A stretch of 63,101 nucleotides of DNA, the filler included, from Choristocarpus tenellus KU-1152 (Eukaryota > Protista > Phaeophyceae), in assembly GCA_964200185.2 (NCBI GenBank). It is 13 parts of 13 records of this genome, joined end to end, with 100 filler letters (N's around TTAATTAATTAA, not from the genome) between each part and the next. Parts side by side here need not be neighbours in the genome. Positions count along the whole stretch, not along the records: positions 38,515 to 42,616 come from CAXNAD020016200.1; positions 42,717 to 51,056 come from CAXNAD020004834.1; positions 51,157 to 59,424 come from CAXNAD020004915.1; 10 more parts are not named here. The stretch is one strand, 5' to 3'. Below are positions 38,589 through 51,515 of this stretch, piece after piece. Positions within the stretch are counted from its first letter, which is position 1; each line of letters starts with the position of its first letter. The notes beneath the pieces are model-generated. The model did no database searches. It worked only from the letters and a program-made list of their open reading frames with translations, and had not been told where the DNA came from. Made by a program: the position numbers and the translations under genes.

Positions 38589-40192
38589 GGGGGGAGACTG
38601 ATGAATGAATGCAGGTCCGATCACGTCGTAGCACTCTGGGTAACATAACTACTGTAGACAGCTGGAATAGAGAGGGGAGGGGGGTGGGGGGGAAAGCGAG
38701 ATTTTTGATGGAGAGGCAGGGGGAATGAAAGTGGAAGGGAGAGGGGGGAGGGGGGAGGGGAAACCTTGCCTGCTCTTGGCAGGTCTAGGTAGGGTTAGGG
38801 AGTTAGAGGCAGGTGATGGATTGTACTGGGAGCGGCGAAGTTTGTTCTCAGGCAGGGGTGTTGCTTGGCCTTCAGTAGGTGGCTGATGTGACTACAATGA
38901 ATTGATGTCCGTGTCTCTTCTGTTGGGGGAGCCTGTGAGCCCGGATGGATATCGTTCCTGTCAGAATACTGTGGCTATTTGCTGTGGCAAGGCAAGACCT
39001 TGCTGATGCTGATGCCGTTGCTGTGCTGCAACTTACTGGGTGCCTCTCTCTCTGTGTGTGTGTGTTTAGGTGTTTGGGTGTTTAGGTGTTTGTACATGTG
39101 CAGTATAGGGTGTGGCTTTGGTGTAGAGTTGAGGGTTGTGTGGAGTTTTGCCCATCTTGAGAAGGCGTTCAGAACACGCACTTCAGAAGTTCTTGACTGT
39201 TTGCCACCAAGGCACGTAACTTCAGCGCCCTTCTGTTTCAAAGAACAGCACCATCCATGTGTGTGACTTGGGTGGGGCATGTGGGTGTGGGCGATGAGTG
39301 CATGCTTAGTCTGTGCCTGAATTGCTGCCATAGTGCTACACACTGGTTATGTTGCTGTTCCAAGATGAACTACACACTTATTATGGTCTTGGGAAGGGTT
39401 TTAGTTCGGTTCGACTGCTTAACCATCTCTTTGACTTCTTTTTTTTTCATGTTTACCTGTGTCCTTACTGCATGACAGCCCGTTGTACTAGGGCTCCAAG
39501 GCTCCATCTATTTGTAGTACAGGTTAGACAGAATGACGGAACAAGCTCGATTTCAAAAATTGAGGATGGAGCTTTTCATTGAGGATGGGCTTGACCCAAA
39601 ATTGACTGGGATAAAGTGTCGATATGTTTTTTTTTTTATTGTATTGTCTTTTTCTTTTTTTTTAATTGGCTGTTATCTGGAAACATTTCAGAGGGAATAA
39701 ATGAAACGTGTTGTATGGGAGGGGTGGGCAGTTGGCATGACCTCACACGCAATATTGAGAGTTGGTACCTATCTTGTGACAACCTCAGGCATGAGATGAC
39801 CAGATGCACGATACTGAAGTGAGGTACTGGCCGCGACCACGTACAGTCAGTCAGTATATATTCACTTTGAAGAAAGCGACCTTTCCGCGCACAAGAAAAC
39901 GCGCGAGGACGACCTCTGATACTTGTGGTACTATTGTTGAATGTTGTACAGGCACATGGAAACCAGATAGGGATACATAAATATGGGAATGAAGCTTGAC
40001 ATAGTGGATCTGGTGGAGTGTCCCCCTGTCACACAGCCATGTATCAGGACATCGACAAGATATTTCACTCTTTTAGGGTTAGGATCTTACGCTCAAGTGA
40101 TACACCTGCGGTTCTGTCTAGTAGTACTTGCCTCTACTTACCTATGGAGGTAGCCCTGGACCCGTCGCCAGATCTTGGCTGTGATATCAGCG

Positions 40193-40676
40193 TCATTGCT
40201 GCTGGTTTTCCACAGGTACACAAACTTTGTTAGTCCACTTACAGATCTGACCAGAAGTCCAGATTTTCACCGTGTCTGCGGGCATGTTTGGAGATTGAAG
40301 CCACGTGGTTTCTTCTGGCTTCACCTCATACATGTTTAGTCCAAACAGCCTGATCACCTCAACAATACTGTCATTATCCTGGTGAGACTCCCTTGGGTGT
40401 GCACGATACCCATATCATCAACATCATGCAATCTATTTTATCTTGCCTTGACTTGGGCACTTCAGAAAAACTACAATTATGAAAAATATGTCCCCAACCC
40501 CAGAGAACAGTCGATTTCAAAAATTGAGGATGGAGCTTTTCATTGAAGATGAGCTTGACCCAAAATTGACTGGGATAAAGTGTCGATACCTCCTTTGACC
40601 TGACTGGTTTTCCCATCTACCTCCTTCATAACATCAAGGTCGTTGGAAATGACTGAATCAGCTTGGAACTCCTTGA
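40193..40676 (-). other. Two candidate exons of an unidentified transcript
   Basis: 40676-40621 and 40378-40193 have CAG/GT boundaries and join in frame (KEFQADSVISNDLDVMKE|DNDSIVEVIRLFGLNMYEVKPEETTW...*). No recognisable homology. Confidence 0.25.
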
Positions 40677-40977
40677 CTGCTTATGCATAGCACTGCTGAT
40701 AAGATGTTGGAGAGTACGGGGGCAAGAGACAAAATTGGTGAAGGCCTTGCCTAATCTCAATAAAACCAGTCCGCACACACTTTGTCATCTATGAGGACAA
40801 ACACCCTCATTCCTATATGAGCTTTGGTGGATGACACTGATACCATCTTCCCTTCTGGAATAAAAAAATTAGGTAGCGCAGTCCACAGAGATTTGCACTT
40901 CAGTCTGGGACTAGGCACGTAACTCAACCCTACCTAGCCCCAACCAACCAGTGGTCAGAGGTACTACTACTAATACT

Positions 40978-41241
40978 GAGTTAAAGTAAACGAGAGGTAC
41001 CGAGAGAGTTACAATTTAAGTATAATGCGTGCAAAATTCGGCGTTTTGACAAATGCGCGTAGTATATTTTCTGTGAACTGTGTCGGAAAAGGTAAAATAA
41101 ATAGAGAAGTAAGTAAACTCTCTCAAGTCAAACTTAGCACTTCATCCATCATAGAAGTATGGGTAGATTCGCAATAGATCGAAAAACTGACTTACACCGC
41201 AAAAAGGTCAAAAGCTGGGTACCTCTCGTTCACTTTTGCTC
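40978..41241. mobile_element. MITE family C (264 bp), TSD ACT
   Basis: ACT|GAGTTAAAGTAAACGAGAGGTACC...GGTACCTCTCGTTCACTTTTGCTC|ACT; 24-bp imperfect TIR. Confidence 0.8.
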
Positions 41242-42716
41242 ACTTTTCATTTGACCTTGAAACTATCCGTCACACTACGACTAGATGCCCTGCCCTCACA
41301 CGCATATCTTGCGTTCTTTTCATCACTCTGTATTCAACCGTCCCACAACTCACCACTTCACCTCCTCCCTTGAATCTTTCCCCCTTGTGCAATGAAAAGA
41401 TTCAGTATTCCGAAGCCTTGTCACCACAATATTCCCATTTTTTGCGTTCATTCTTGTGGTTGTAGAAACACACGGAAGTGAGCGTGTTTGTGTACCATTT
41501 CCATTCTATTGCGTCCCACATATAGTCCATCAAAACCAAATTTTCCTAAAATAAAAAATTTGACACTGAACAGATTTGAACCCGGACATTTTTTTCAAGG
41601 AACTGGTCCTCACATACAAATAGTAGACTACCACTCTTTAACCTATGAGGGTGCTGTTATGGACAAACCAAAAAGGAATCACTCCTTTGTACAAGGTACG
41701 TATGTAAGCCTCCCATCATGCTTGCCCACTCCAGTTATTTTGAGGGAGGAAGCAAATGTATGACTTCCCCCTGGTGGAGACACTGCTGTCCTCGCTCAAT
41801 CCCCAGTGGTTGGTGATAATTTCTACTTTGGAAGTATTGAATAGAATCCTTGATGGGGGAGGTGCCTGGTGTGAAACGAGGTCAATACATGTTATGCATG
41901 GACATACATCACTTGTCCTTTTTCTTGTGTTACGAGTGGTACTAAACACATACACACCCTTTTTCAAGGATGAGTGTGGGCTTGAACCAGAAATTCGTGA
42001 AATATGTCATCCTAAATGTTGGAACGATTCCAATTAAGATCTGCCTTAAAATGTCCTATCTCTGTATCTATCTATCACGTACCACCTCAGCAATGTCAAA
42101 CACTTCCTGACCATTGTGTCTCCATGGGCTAATGGAGTTTAACTTCCACATCATCCCACAATCCTTTCGCACCTAACACTTACACTTTCCCCACAGTCTG
42201 CCGTCAGATTGACTTATTGTATACCACAGAAGAGTAACAACATACAGATTGGCCTGCTGATGCCAGGATTCCATCCCAAATGTTCTTACACAGCACGGAG
42301 ACCAAGAAGTGTCCTGGACAGCAATGTTTCATTCATGCAATATCACTATACACAATATCACTATACACACCGGTGCAAGTTCCTAGTTCTCCTCTACAGA
42401 TGAACGTGCATTTTTTTTTTTTCAAAATTGAGAGAAGTGTATATACTCCTCAGTATATTGGAAGGCGTATATTCGATGAAGTGGATGTGGGGGTACAATG
42501 TCTGGGTGTGTCAAGTGTTGACAAATCAACGGGCACATTAGCCCCCCCCCCCCCCCCCCCCCCCTTCTTTCCTTTCCCTCAATCACACATAAAAATGAAA
42601 CACACATACAACATGCNNNNNNNNNNNNNNNNNNNNNNNNNNNNNNNNNNNNNNNNNNNNTTAATTAATTAANNNNNNNNNNNNNNNNNNNNNNNNNNNN
42701 NNNNNNNNNNNNNNNN

Positions 42717-42921
42717 AAGGTCACACCATTTGCATTGGTGAAGGGGGGTAGTCTCTACGTGAGTGACAGACAGAGGTTTCTGGCTGCATTAATATCACTC
42801 GAGTGCCTGAGCTTGTCCCACAACCAACCGCAATAGCATAGATTCTTATAGTACACAGTGCCTATGGCACCCACGTAGAGACTACCCCCCTTCACCAATG
42901 CAAATGGTGTGACCTTAGCCC
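42717..42921. mobile_element. Small inverted-repeat element (MITE-like), perfect 45-bp IR, left end cut by gap
   Basis: 42717-42761 is the exact reverse complement of 42872-42916; the right arm continues as AGCCC. Confidence 0.75.
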
Positions 42922-44499
42922 TGGCAGTCTCATACATCCTTTGCAATCTCGGCCTCCCTTCTTTGGTCATGTTTACCAAATGAGGGCAACCTCGAGCCCC
43001 TTCCCTCCCAAGGAAATGGATTCTGCACCTTGAAGTGTTGGTTTTGATGCTCCTACATGACAGGGGGCGGTGGAGGTACAAGGAAGGTTGCATCCCCTGA
43101 TTCTGGGACTGTGCGTTCACAGCCTTGGCAGGACATGATCCCCCCACCCTCAATTACCCGTAGTATCGTACTCCCTGAGGGGAAACCTGTGTCTGCTGTA
43201 CCTTCATTTTCCCCTGCTGCTCCTGCTGTTATTGTGCTGTTAGATAAATCCCTGATTTGTCATGAGGAACTCGCCAGGAAGAAGTACCTGATCTTTGGGA
43301 AAGTCTTTCTTGGCATAGGTGTTTATTTTGCCACCCTCACATGGCGATCAGTAGGTTGTAACTGGCAATGGGGTGTCAACCTCCACTTCTCGGTAGGTTG
43401 CCACCGCAGGATCTGGCAGTCAGAGTTTGGTGGAAGAGGGCAGTAAGAGGGGCAGTGAGAAGAGCATTAGGATGAGAGAATGGGTCATAAGCCAGGTGAG
43501 CACAGGGGCAATGCAAGAACGTAAAGGAATCAACCCTTGAATCACCCGTTCAACCTTTCCATTTCCCAGGTTATTTTTTTAGGTAGCATGAAATTTAGGG
43601 CGGGCAGATAAGTTGGATAGTATGGTTAGTAAATTAATGGGGATTATCCACTTTCAGTGGACCAACGCTAACCTTAGTGCTTCCTGCACCTGCAGAAAAA
43701 ATCGCCCACATGCCAAGGACAAGAAGAAGATTCATCAGTCCAAGACCACACAAGACTTTGCTCACAGAAAGTACTACCCTGGCCTGTACCACAGGGCTCA
43801 TCACCTCCTGCACACTGAAACTCACAGTGTCTGTGGATTCCACGACACCTTGGTTGCCCTCGATGGAGGAGTTGATAATCCTGCCACTGCAGGGTCCAGC
43901 AGCAAGGGTGGACTGGGGCCCAGGTGGTTTGTTCTGCTGGAGGGGTCAAGATCTCCCACACAGCCCTTTCCCTCCTCTCTTGCCCACTTGCTTTTGTGAT
44001 GTTGGTTGTGGACTCCACCGTAAGAACAGGCTTGTAAAGGGAAGCTTGGGATTTCCTCCTCAGTGGACCCACCTTCTTTAACTCAATTGCAAGCAGCTAA
44101 TTGCTGGGACTTTTGGTGAGGAAAAAGCATATGGAGAAAAACGTGTAAGATCTTATTGGAGGCATGCGCAAAAAAACTAGAGATTGCTCTGTTTTCACAG
44201 TAATTCATTACCTATATGCCACTACCTTGACTTCATATTGTAAGGACCATGTAATATGAATCTGCAGCACAAGGCACTGGAGTCAAGGTTGCTGTGACCA
44301 TACTCACAGGACTTGGCATCCTAATCTATCTGGGACATGTTATTAGTGCTTGTCAAAATGGACTACGTTGTGCAGACTCTAAATCAACCAGTCTCTCTTC
44401 AATGACCACTGTAACTTTTGATAACAATATAGTACAACTAACATATTAAGACTCAACAGGAGACAATGGACCAGACAGAGAAGAGATAGCTGCTACTTG

Positions 44500-47400
44500 T
44501 ACGAGAGTTAGGGATTGTGAACACACTGCCAGCATCCGCAAAGGGTTCTCACTTTCTTGTGCTCTTGAGCATGGTGGCTAGGCACACGTCCCTATTTCCC
44601 ATGGCAGAAGCCGGTTTGTCCACCACAAGACCACGGCATCTGCTCTTCATTTCATGGAAAAAAATTGTACCTCCTGTGGATTCCTTGACGAACCCCTGAG
44701 CATGCATCTGTACCTCATTATAATGGTCCATGAGCTGACTCAAGTCCAAGATGGACATTTCTGAAGCCCTCCATCGCCTGGCAGTTTGTGAGAATGATAG
44801 AGAAGAACCCATTCATTACTTGAAGCAATGGGATCAGAGGCAGCACGATCAAGCTCGGTCCATGGTGGTTACCTCAAATGATGGTGATGACGTGAGAGGG
44901 ATAAAATAACTGGTTGGCATGGCAGCAGTCTGACCTAAGTGGAATGTAAAACGGGATGAAACTTACAATCCTACCCAGTGGCCTTAATAACAAGAAATGA
45001 TCTGGTACACTGGTATAGGCATGGGATCATGTGCCTCTACTCTTCAGATCAAGACATATTAGAAGCACATCTACCAGAGAACAGTCATACTAGGCGCCAA
45101 ACATTTAATGACACCCTCCTCTAAAATAGGATGGCTCTCGTGACCTCACCTCATGGCCTCTTTGCCATCATGATGTCCATCAGTCCACCTGGACAAGTCC
45201 CCCCAGCAGCTCTGTTGTCCAGCGATGTGCTGGATAGTGTTGTCGCACTGTCCCAGGAACATGACCCAATGCAAAAGATATTGAGCAGTGGCCTTGGACA
45301 GATCTGTGATACAAAGGGAAGGGTGAAAGATACATACAAGATTGTAATGGTCACAAAAAACGTGGGCCCTGCCAGAGCACCCTCTCCAAGCACTGGTATG
45401 TCCCCACGATGGCGAATGCCTCCTTATGCACCATGGCCCAGTGTACGTGTGATCCCTAGAAATAACCACTCAGGAATCCCAGCAGCTCATGGCTCATATC
45501 TTCTACTGCCACACCTCCATTCAGCTCCACCTGAGGGACCTGTGTAACAAAACACTCCCAGTGCTTGTCAGAGGCGTTTGTAGACATCAGCACAATACAA
45601 TCCTCCCTGGAGTGTGAGAGCTCCACCGCCTGTGAGACCATGTTCACCATGCTGAAATCCGTCACCAGCCAATAGCCCCGTCCCTCAGGCTTCGGCAAAG
45701 GCAATGATGGGCTGCTCCATACATCCTGTGGGGTCTGCCTCAGCATCCCCAGTACAACCAGCAGGCCCATAAATCCTGCCATCCAGTTCCGTCACTTCGG
45801 ATGGTACACCCTGGGTTTGCCCTTCACAGGAGTCGCCCCTTCCTTCAGTACCATCCGCATGAGCTCCACCTCGGCAGGCAGGTCAAGCCCCAAGGATACC
45901 CGGAACACATTGGCTGGGTTGCTATCATTTGTTGTAGGCACCCCCAGGCACCCAAGGGTATCCCAGCCCTTTGTGCCTCTTGTAAGGAGGTCTCTAAGAC
46001 CAAGCCACGTTTTTTTTTCCTCCTCTGCAGGGTCCATTATGAGCTCAGGGCCTTGCTCCAGCAGTGTAGAGACGGAGACATCACCTCTGTCCAAATGAGC
46101 AGTCCCCATGCTCTCCTGCACCACCTCCACACTAACACTCACACGCCGTGTAGAAGAGATATCTTGTTCCAGACCTGCGATGTGCAGTTCTGTCTTCCTT
46201 CGGGCTGCCTCTTTGAAGGATTGCTTCATGTCAAAGCCTAACACATCCCGCAATTTCTTGCTGCCCACAATTAACACATCATCATTGCCTGGTATAACTG
46301 ACTGCCAAGACAAGATTTCTCACCACCACGGCCGATAGCCCAAGTGGAGTGCCACATTTAAGGGACATGTCACATTCCCGATGGTCTCAGACAAAACCAT
46401 TTGCTATCTTCACTGGGAAGGGCTGGTGGAAGGGCTTCGTTAGCATTGCTCCACCAAAATGCTGTTGCATTTTTTTCACCAGGTTCTCAGATATGCCTGC
46501 GAGCCCTGATCCTGGGTCATCAGGGCCTTCATAATGAAAGGCAACTTCCTGTGCATGTTGACCCCCACTGGTGTTACATCTACTGTACCATGGTAGCTCA
46601 ACCTTTCCACATCCACCCCTTCCGCAGCCAGGGACGCATCCTCATGAGTGCCCTGGATTTACGCAGGTCAGTGTTGGGATCTTGGCTTGGTGGCAGCCGA
46701 GGCATCCCATGATCCACATGATCAGGAACCATCTCATTGACCCTCACTGCCCTGAAACTCGTACTCCCACCACCAGGGCCTTGCCAGAGCTCGGTAGCAG
46801 GCTGGGGAGCTAGCCCCTGCTGGCTCCTTGTGCCTTGGGCTGCACCTAGACGGCTTGTCCCTCCCCCTACACTTGAGAGTTGCTGTCTAGTGTCCCCAGG
46901 TTGTTGTCGTTGCCCTGGCCCAGCTCTTTTCGGACTCCAACCAGCAAGCTTCGGCATTGAGCACGTTTATGCCCAACTTTCTCACATGCATCACAAGCCC
47001 CTTGGAACTTGTCCTTCCTCACACTCAATCTTGTACTGGGTATACCTCCCGTTGACTTGCCTATCTTCTCCCCAAACTTAGGCTTCCCCTCTTGGTGTTT
47101 GCCACCAGGTTCACCTTGCTTGGTTCGTTTCGTTTGGTATGCCTGGGCCGTCTCATAAGTCCTCCATTTTTCGGCTTGCTCCCTTACCCGCTCAAAGATC
47201 TGGTCTGGATCCTTTTTGAGCTCAGGGTCCCATTTTACATACTTGGAAATTTCGGTCTTAAACGCAGGGGGTTTGAGATCTGCAATAAAGGTCTCCGACA
47301 GTACCTTCCCCACCCCTGCCTTCCGAGCCTCCCCTACTTGTCCGGCATTCCGTCGGAAAGCGCCATCCAGATTATTATCTTCCAGATAGCCCTCGATGTC

Positions 47401-47965
47401 CTGGATCACTCCCATGACCCGATCAGCTGCGGTCCCTTCATTTCCCATCCGGGCCACCCTTTGAAATTCTCTTTAGATATGCCCAATGTCGAAGGTTCGG
47501 TCTTCGTCATCGACTCGCGCCACCTTCTTGAGCGCTTTCAGGAGTTACTCCTCCGTTGCTGCAGTCCAATTGTTTTGGAGTTCGCCCGCCACCAGTGCTC
47601 GTCTCTAAGCAACGGTTGGGGAATCGGACAACACCTCCTTTTGAGCGCTGCACCCTACGGCCCATCTCATATTCCGTTGATCTGTCAGAAACCCCTTCAC
47701 CTCCTTCTCTACCAGTCTCTCAACCCGTCGAGGTTGAATATGCTGTAGAATGTGCAGCTTAGACCAATTGGTCTCACGCAAGCCCCCCCAGACTGCGCCA
47801 GGTTCATCTCCATCATCCCTCGACATATTGTACCCCTTCAATCAAGTCGTTCTGCTGGTTTCTGCCCAGTTGTGTGCACTCCAAGTTCCAACCATCTCCC
47901 GAGATCTTTCGCGATCTTGTGTTGACCTTCCCCAGTCAATTCTAGCGCCGCGGTCGATCCTATTG
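44500..47965 (-). mobile_element. Degenerate, internally deleted Ty3/Gypsy LTR retrotransposon
   Basis: Gag (47841-46867) with CX2CX4HX4C knuckle CDACEKVGHKRAQC, a degenerate protease region, RT start (LKEGATPVKGKPRVY; WSSPSLPLPK), RNase H (LMSTNASDKHW; IQHIAGQQSCWGDLSRW) and degenerate downstream pol. Boundaries approximate. Confidence 0.85.
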
Positions 47966-49172
47966 TCAGGTTTTAGAATTAAATTGTATTATATACGGTT
48001 CGACTACAGGAACTGATCTATGATGGCTTGCAAGGACTCTACCCCACGTTGGGGCTTACAGGTCTGTTATTTGTGTAGGGAGTGACCACAGATCCTGTCA
48101 ACGATTGATATATGGTCCAAACATTAAATAATGCAAACGCCTCAGTTGTGTTAAGAAAGCCCTTCATATTGTGTCTATAACCTGGAATACAACCTTCGGA
48201 AGTTTGAGATCACCGTTATTGAGGGGTGGAGAACATGGATAGGCAACAAACCAGCGCAAGCAATGAGTAAGCAACACAAGTGGTGTGCATATGGGCATGT
48301 GGGCATGTGGTTGGTTGACAGCACAAAAAAAGAGCTTTATGGGCAAGTGGCATTCCAGGGAACCTGTGGTAGGTGAAGGTGTACATCAAGCAAAAGCAGA
48401 CCTAAGACAGCCCCAGCAATTGAGGACACATGCACACTCACTCACCCCTGATCAATGCTGCTTGTATCATTGTCCCTCTCTTCTTAGGTTGATTACTGGT
48501 GATGTAAGTGACAACAATAATTTGATATATGAGACAGCCACATACGTACTCAGTTGTGGAACTTAATTATTCTACTGTTCTCTTGTGTTGTAGTAGAGTC
48601 CAAATGCCCGATTAAACCCCCCTACACTTGTAAGGAACTCTCTATGATACGTAATTCCAAACAGAATGTCAAAATAGTATATAATATTCCTCTTTACTTA
48701 ACTTCTTTGTTTTAGGAGTTATCACAATGATAATGTCTTCAATGTCTTGGAGTTTGATGTGGGATAACTAAAAAAAAGAAAGCTCACCATCAAAATAAAT
48801 ACGTAATAATATATGTAACATGTAATTGCACAACGTTTGATGGCTTTGACTTTGTATAGTGACAAAAAGAGCACAGTGATTCCTGAAATATTTAGATCGT
48901 ATTCTCTCTCCTCTTTTCAACTAAAGACACTTAGAATCTTGATTCAACAACAATAACAACGAAAATAGCGTTGCAGTGTCTGAAATGGGACAGGTTTGTG
49001 AAACTAAGGTCTTTCCAGGGACCTTGCCCATATCCACTGATTGGATGAATATTAAAACACTGCTGGTGAAACAGGTACGTACAGCGCATCATACTGAGTT
49101 CTAGAAAAATACTCCGTAGTAATTCCAATAGAATATAAACTAGGCCTAAAATACAGGAGGGGGGGGCGAGAG

Positions 49173-49209
<37 letters not shown>

Positions 49210-51515
49210 GTGCATATTCAACGGTCTGGGAGTTCTTTATGTTGCTGGTGCCTTGCCAGATCCCGATACCTACTACTAATTATTGTAAGGGACAGCTGCC
49301 CTTTGTTATCTCACCAGCACTTGCTGTAGCCCAGGTCCAGGCAGCAATGAGTATCAAAATGTTCATTATTGGAGTAGCAATGAAACACTTCAAAGAACTC
49401 CACAGTGTGATGCACTGATGGGCTGCAGGTACATACAAGGGATCAGGTGACAAGTCCAAATTGATAAAAAAAATATACTAACGCAACAACATACAATGTG
49501 TTACACAGAAAGAAAGTCATTAGAGTACCAAAAAAAAGCATCCATGTACCACTCTAATCCATTTTGGACATATGTGAGACATGCAAACTCAAGTGATGCG
49601 AGCGATGGAGAGAGAAAAAAGTATGAGAAGAAGCTGCTAATTGCCAGCGCCAAGGGGGACTGGATCAACATCCAATAATTGCACCAGGAAAACTCTATGG
49701 ATCAAGAACGCTCGAATAAGTTTTGATATACATAGTCAGATTTATCATTTGTCTGAATCTAGGCACAACAAACACTAACAACCATTCTGTAAACTACTTG
49801 CACGGAGAAATTATTGGTGCGCAATAAAATAAAAGAAGGTACACATTAATCTGGAAAAAAGTACGCCATCTCTCTTCTACATGGCACTTCCCCTCAAACA
49901 TTTCTACTACAACAGAGCAATGCACTGTGTATAACAGTGAAGTAGAGGCTTTCTTTTTCTATTTGCCCATAACATAACAGGACAACCACACCAAAATCTG
50001 TACTAGTCGTACGATATCATTTTGAAACAAAAAAGGTACATAAAGAGAAAGTTGTTCACCCTCCACAAACGGCATCCTCTACAGGGCGGGTCTGGATAGT
50101 TGGGTGTCGTAACAGATACGACAAAAATCGCAAACAGAGAAATATGCAACGTTGGAACAACATCTCACCTATGTTCCCACCATGACATCACCAAAATATA
50201 TTTTCAAGGTATTCATTCAATGATAACGAGCCAACACATGCTTCAGAAGCAGTAATGATGCAGCAGAATACAAGGCAGCACTCACTTCTCAGAAGTACCC
50301 AACTCAGGTGTAAAGTCAAGTGGTAAGGCCAGGGTCTCAAATCTCTCATCCAAGAAAGACCAACAAATAGGACCAATGCACAACACATAGCCTGCTCTTG
50401 AGGCTTAACCTACCAATAGCAAAACCATTCAGCAAACGTTTATCACCTCCAAAACCCCCAACACAGTGCTTTCTTCTATCTGCACAAGGTGAAGAATTGA
50501 AATGACCACTACGTACCCTCTTGCATCCCAACCACATGAGATAACTTCATCTGGCAACAACGACAAGACCAACAAATACAAACATGTTCTCACCTTGGCA
50601 AGTAGGTGTCAAAATTACCATTGAGAAAATAATATATCAGCTGTAGAGGCATCTCTTCCTAGTACACCAATACATGGCACTCTATTCCACCAGCACTTGA
50701 CCACAACACAAAGCTGTATGTAGTAACAGGTCAGAAGATTGATAATTTTAGAAGAGAAAGATATTTCCGTATAAAAAGGCACAGGTGAGGTGCAGCAGAT
50801 GACAATGTTATCAGAGGATTCCTCGAAAGCTTCAGTCACATTCTGTAAAGCAGTCTCTACTTTAACCTCTGACCTTCTGTTCATTCTTCCATGCTCCTTG
50901 ATGCATAATCCTTCCTAGCACATCAATTTTTCTCTGGTTGCATCTCAAGAGGAAGCAAGACAAAGCAGCAGCATTTAAAACACCTCTACTGAACATACGA
51001 CTTCATTAACCTAACTTGTAGGAGTGGTGCAGCCTCAAAGTATCTGGGGGGGGGGGNNNNNNNNNNNNNNNNNNNNNNNNNNNNNNNNNNNNNNNNNNNN
51101 TTAATTAATTAANNNNNNNNNNNNNNNNNNNNNNNNNNNNNNNNNNNNNNNNNNNNCGACACCCCCCCCCCCCAGATACTTTGGCGCATGGATGGATGGA
51201 TGGATGGATGGGTGGGACAGGTATAAGAAACAGAAGGTTGTCCACCTCCTGATATAGTAAGCATCTCATGATTTGCAACCCAGCTGAGTGAGTACGGCCG
51301 AAATGACATACTCAATAATTATGGTGAAATACAGTAAAAAAAAATTGGGGAGAGAGATGAGGGCTGAGACGCTTTGCAACACATAGTGAAAAACATATTT
51401 TCAGTGATGGAATTGATCATATCAACTATGCGCTACATACATAGTTCTTGTGCAAGTACTACAAACATACTGAGGTGGAAAGAAGTGAATAGTGTAGCAA
51501 GCGGTTTATTCTCAC

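Noticed and set aside
38852-38991. Possible selenoprotein exon (GG-TGA-CDYNELM...)
   Set aside because: No recognisable selenoprotein family, no SECIS identified and no supporting exons.
47092-47748. 218-aa plus-strand ORF
   Set aside because: It is the antisense shadow of the Gypsy gag. Most other short ORFs in the track are likewise intronic, antisense or repeat-derived.
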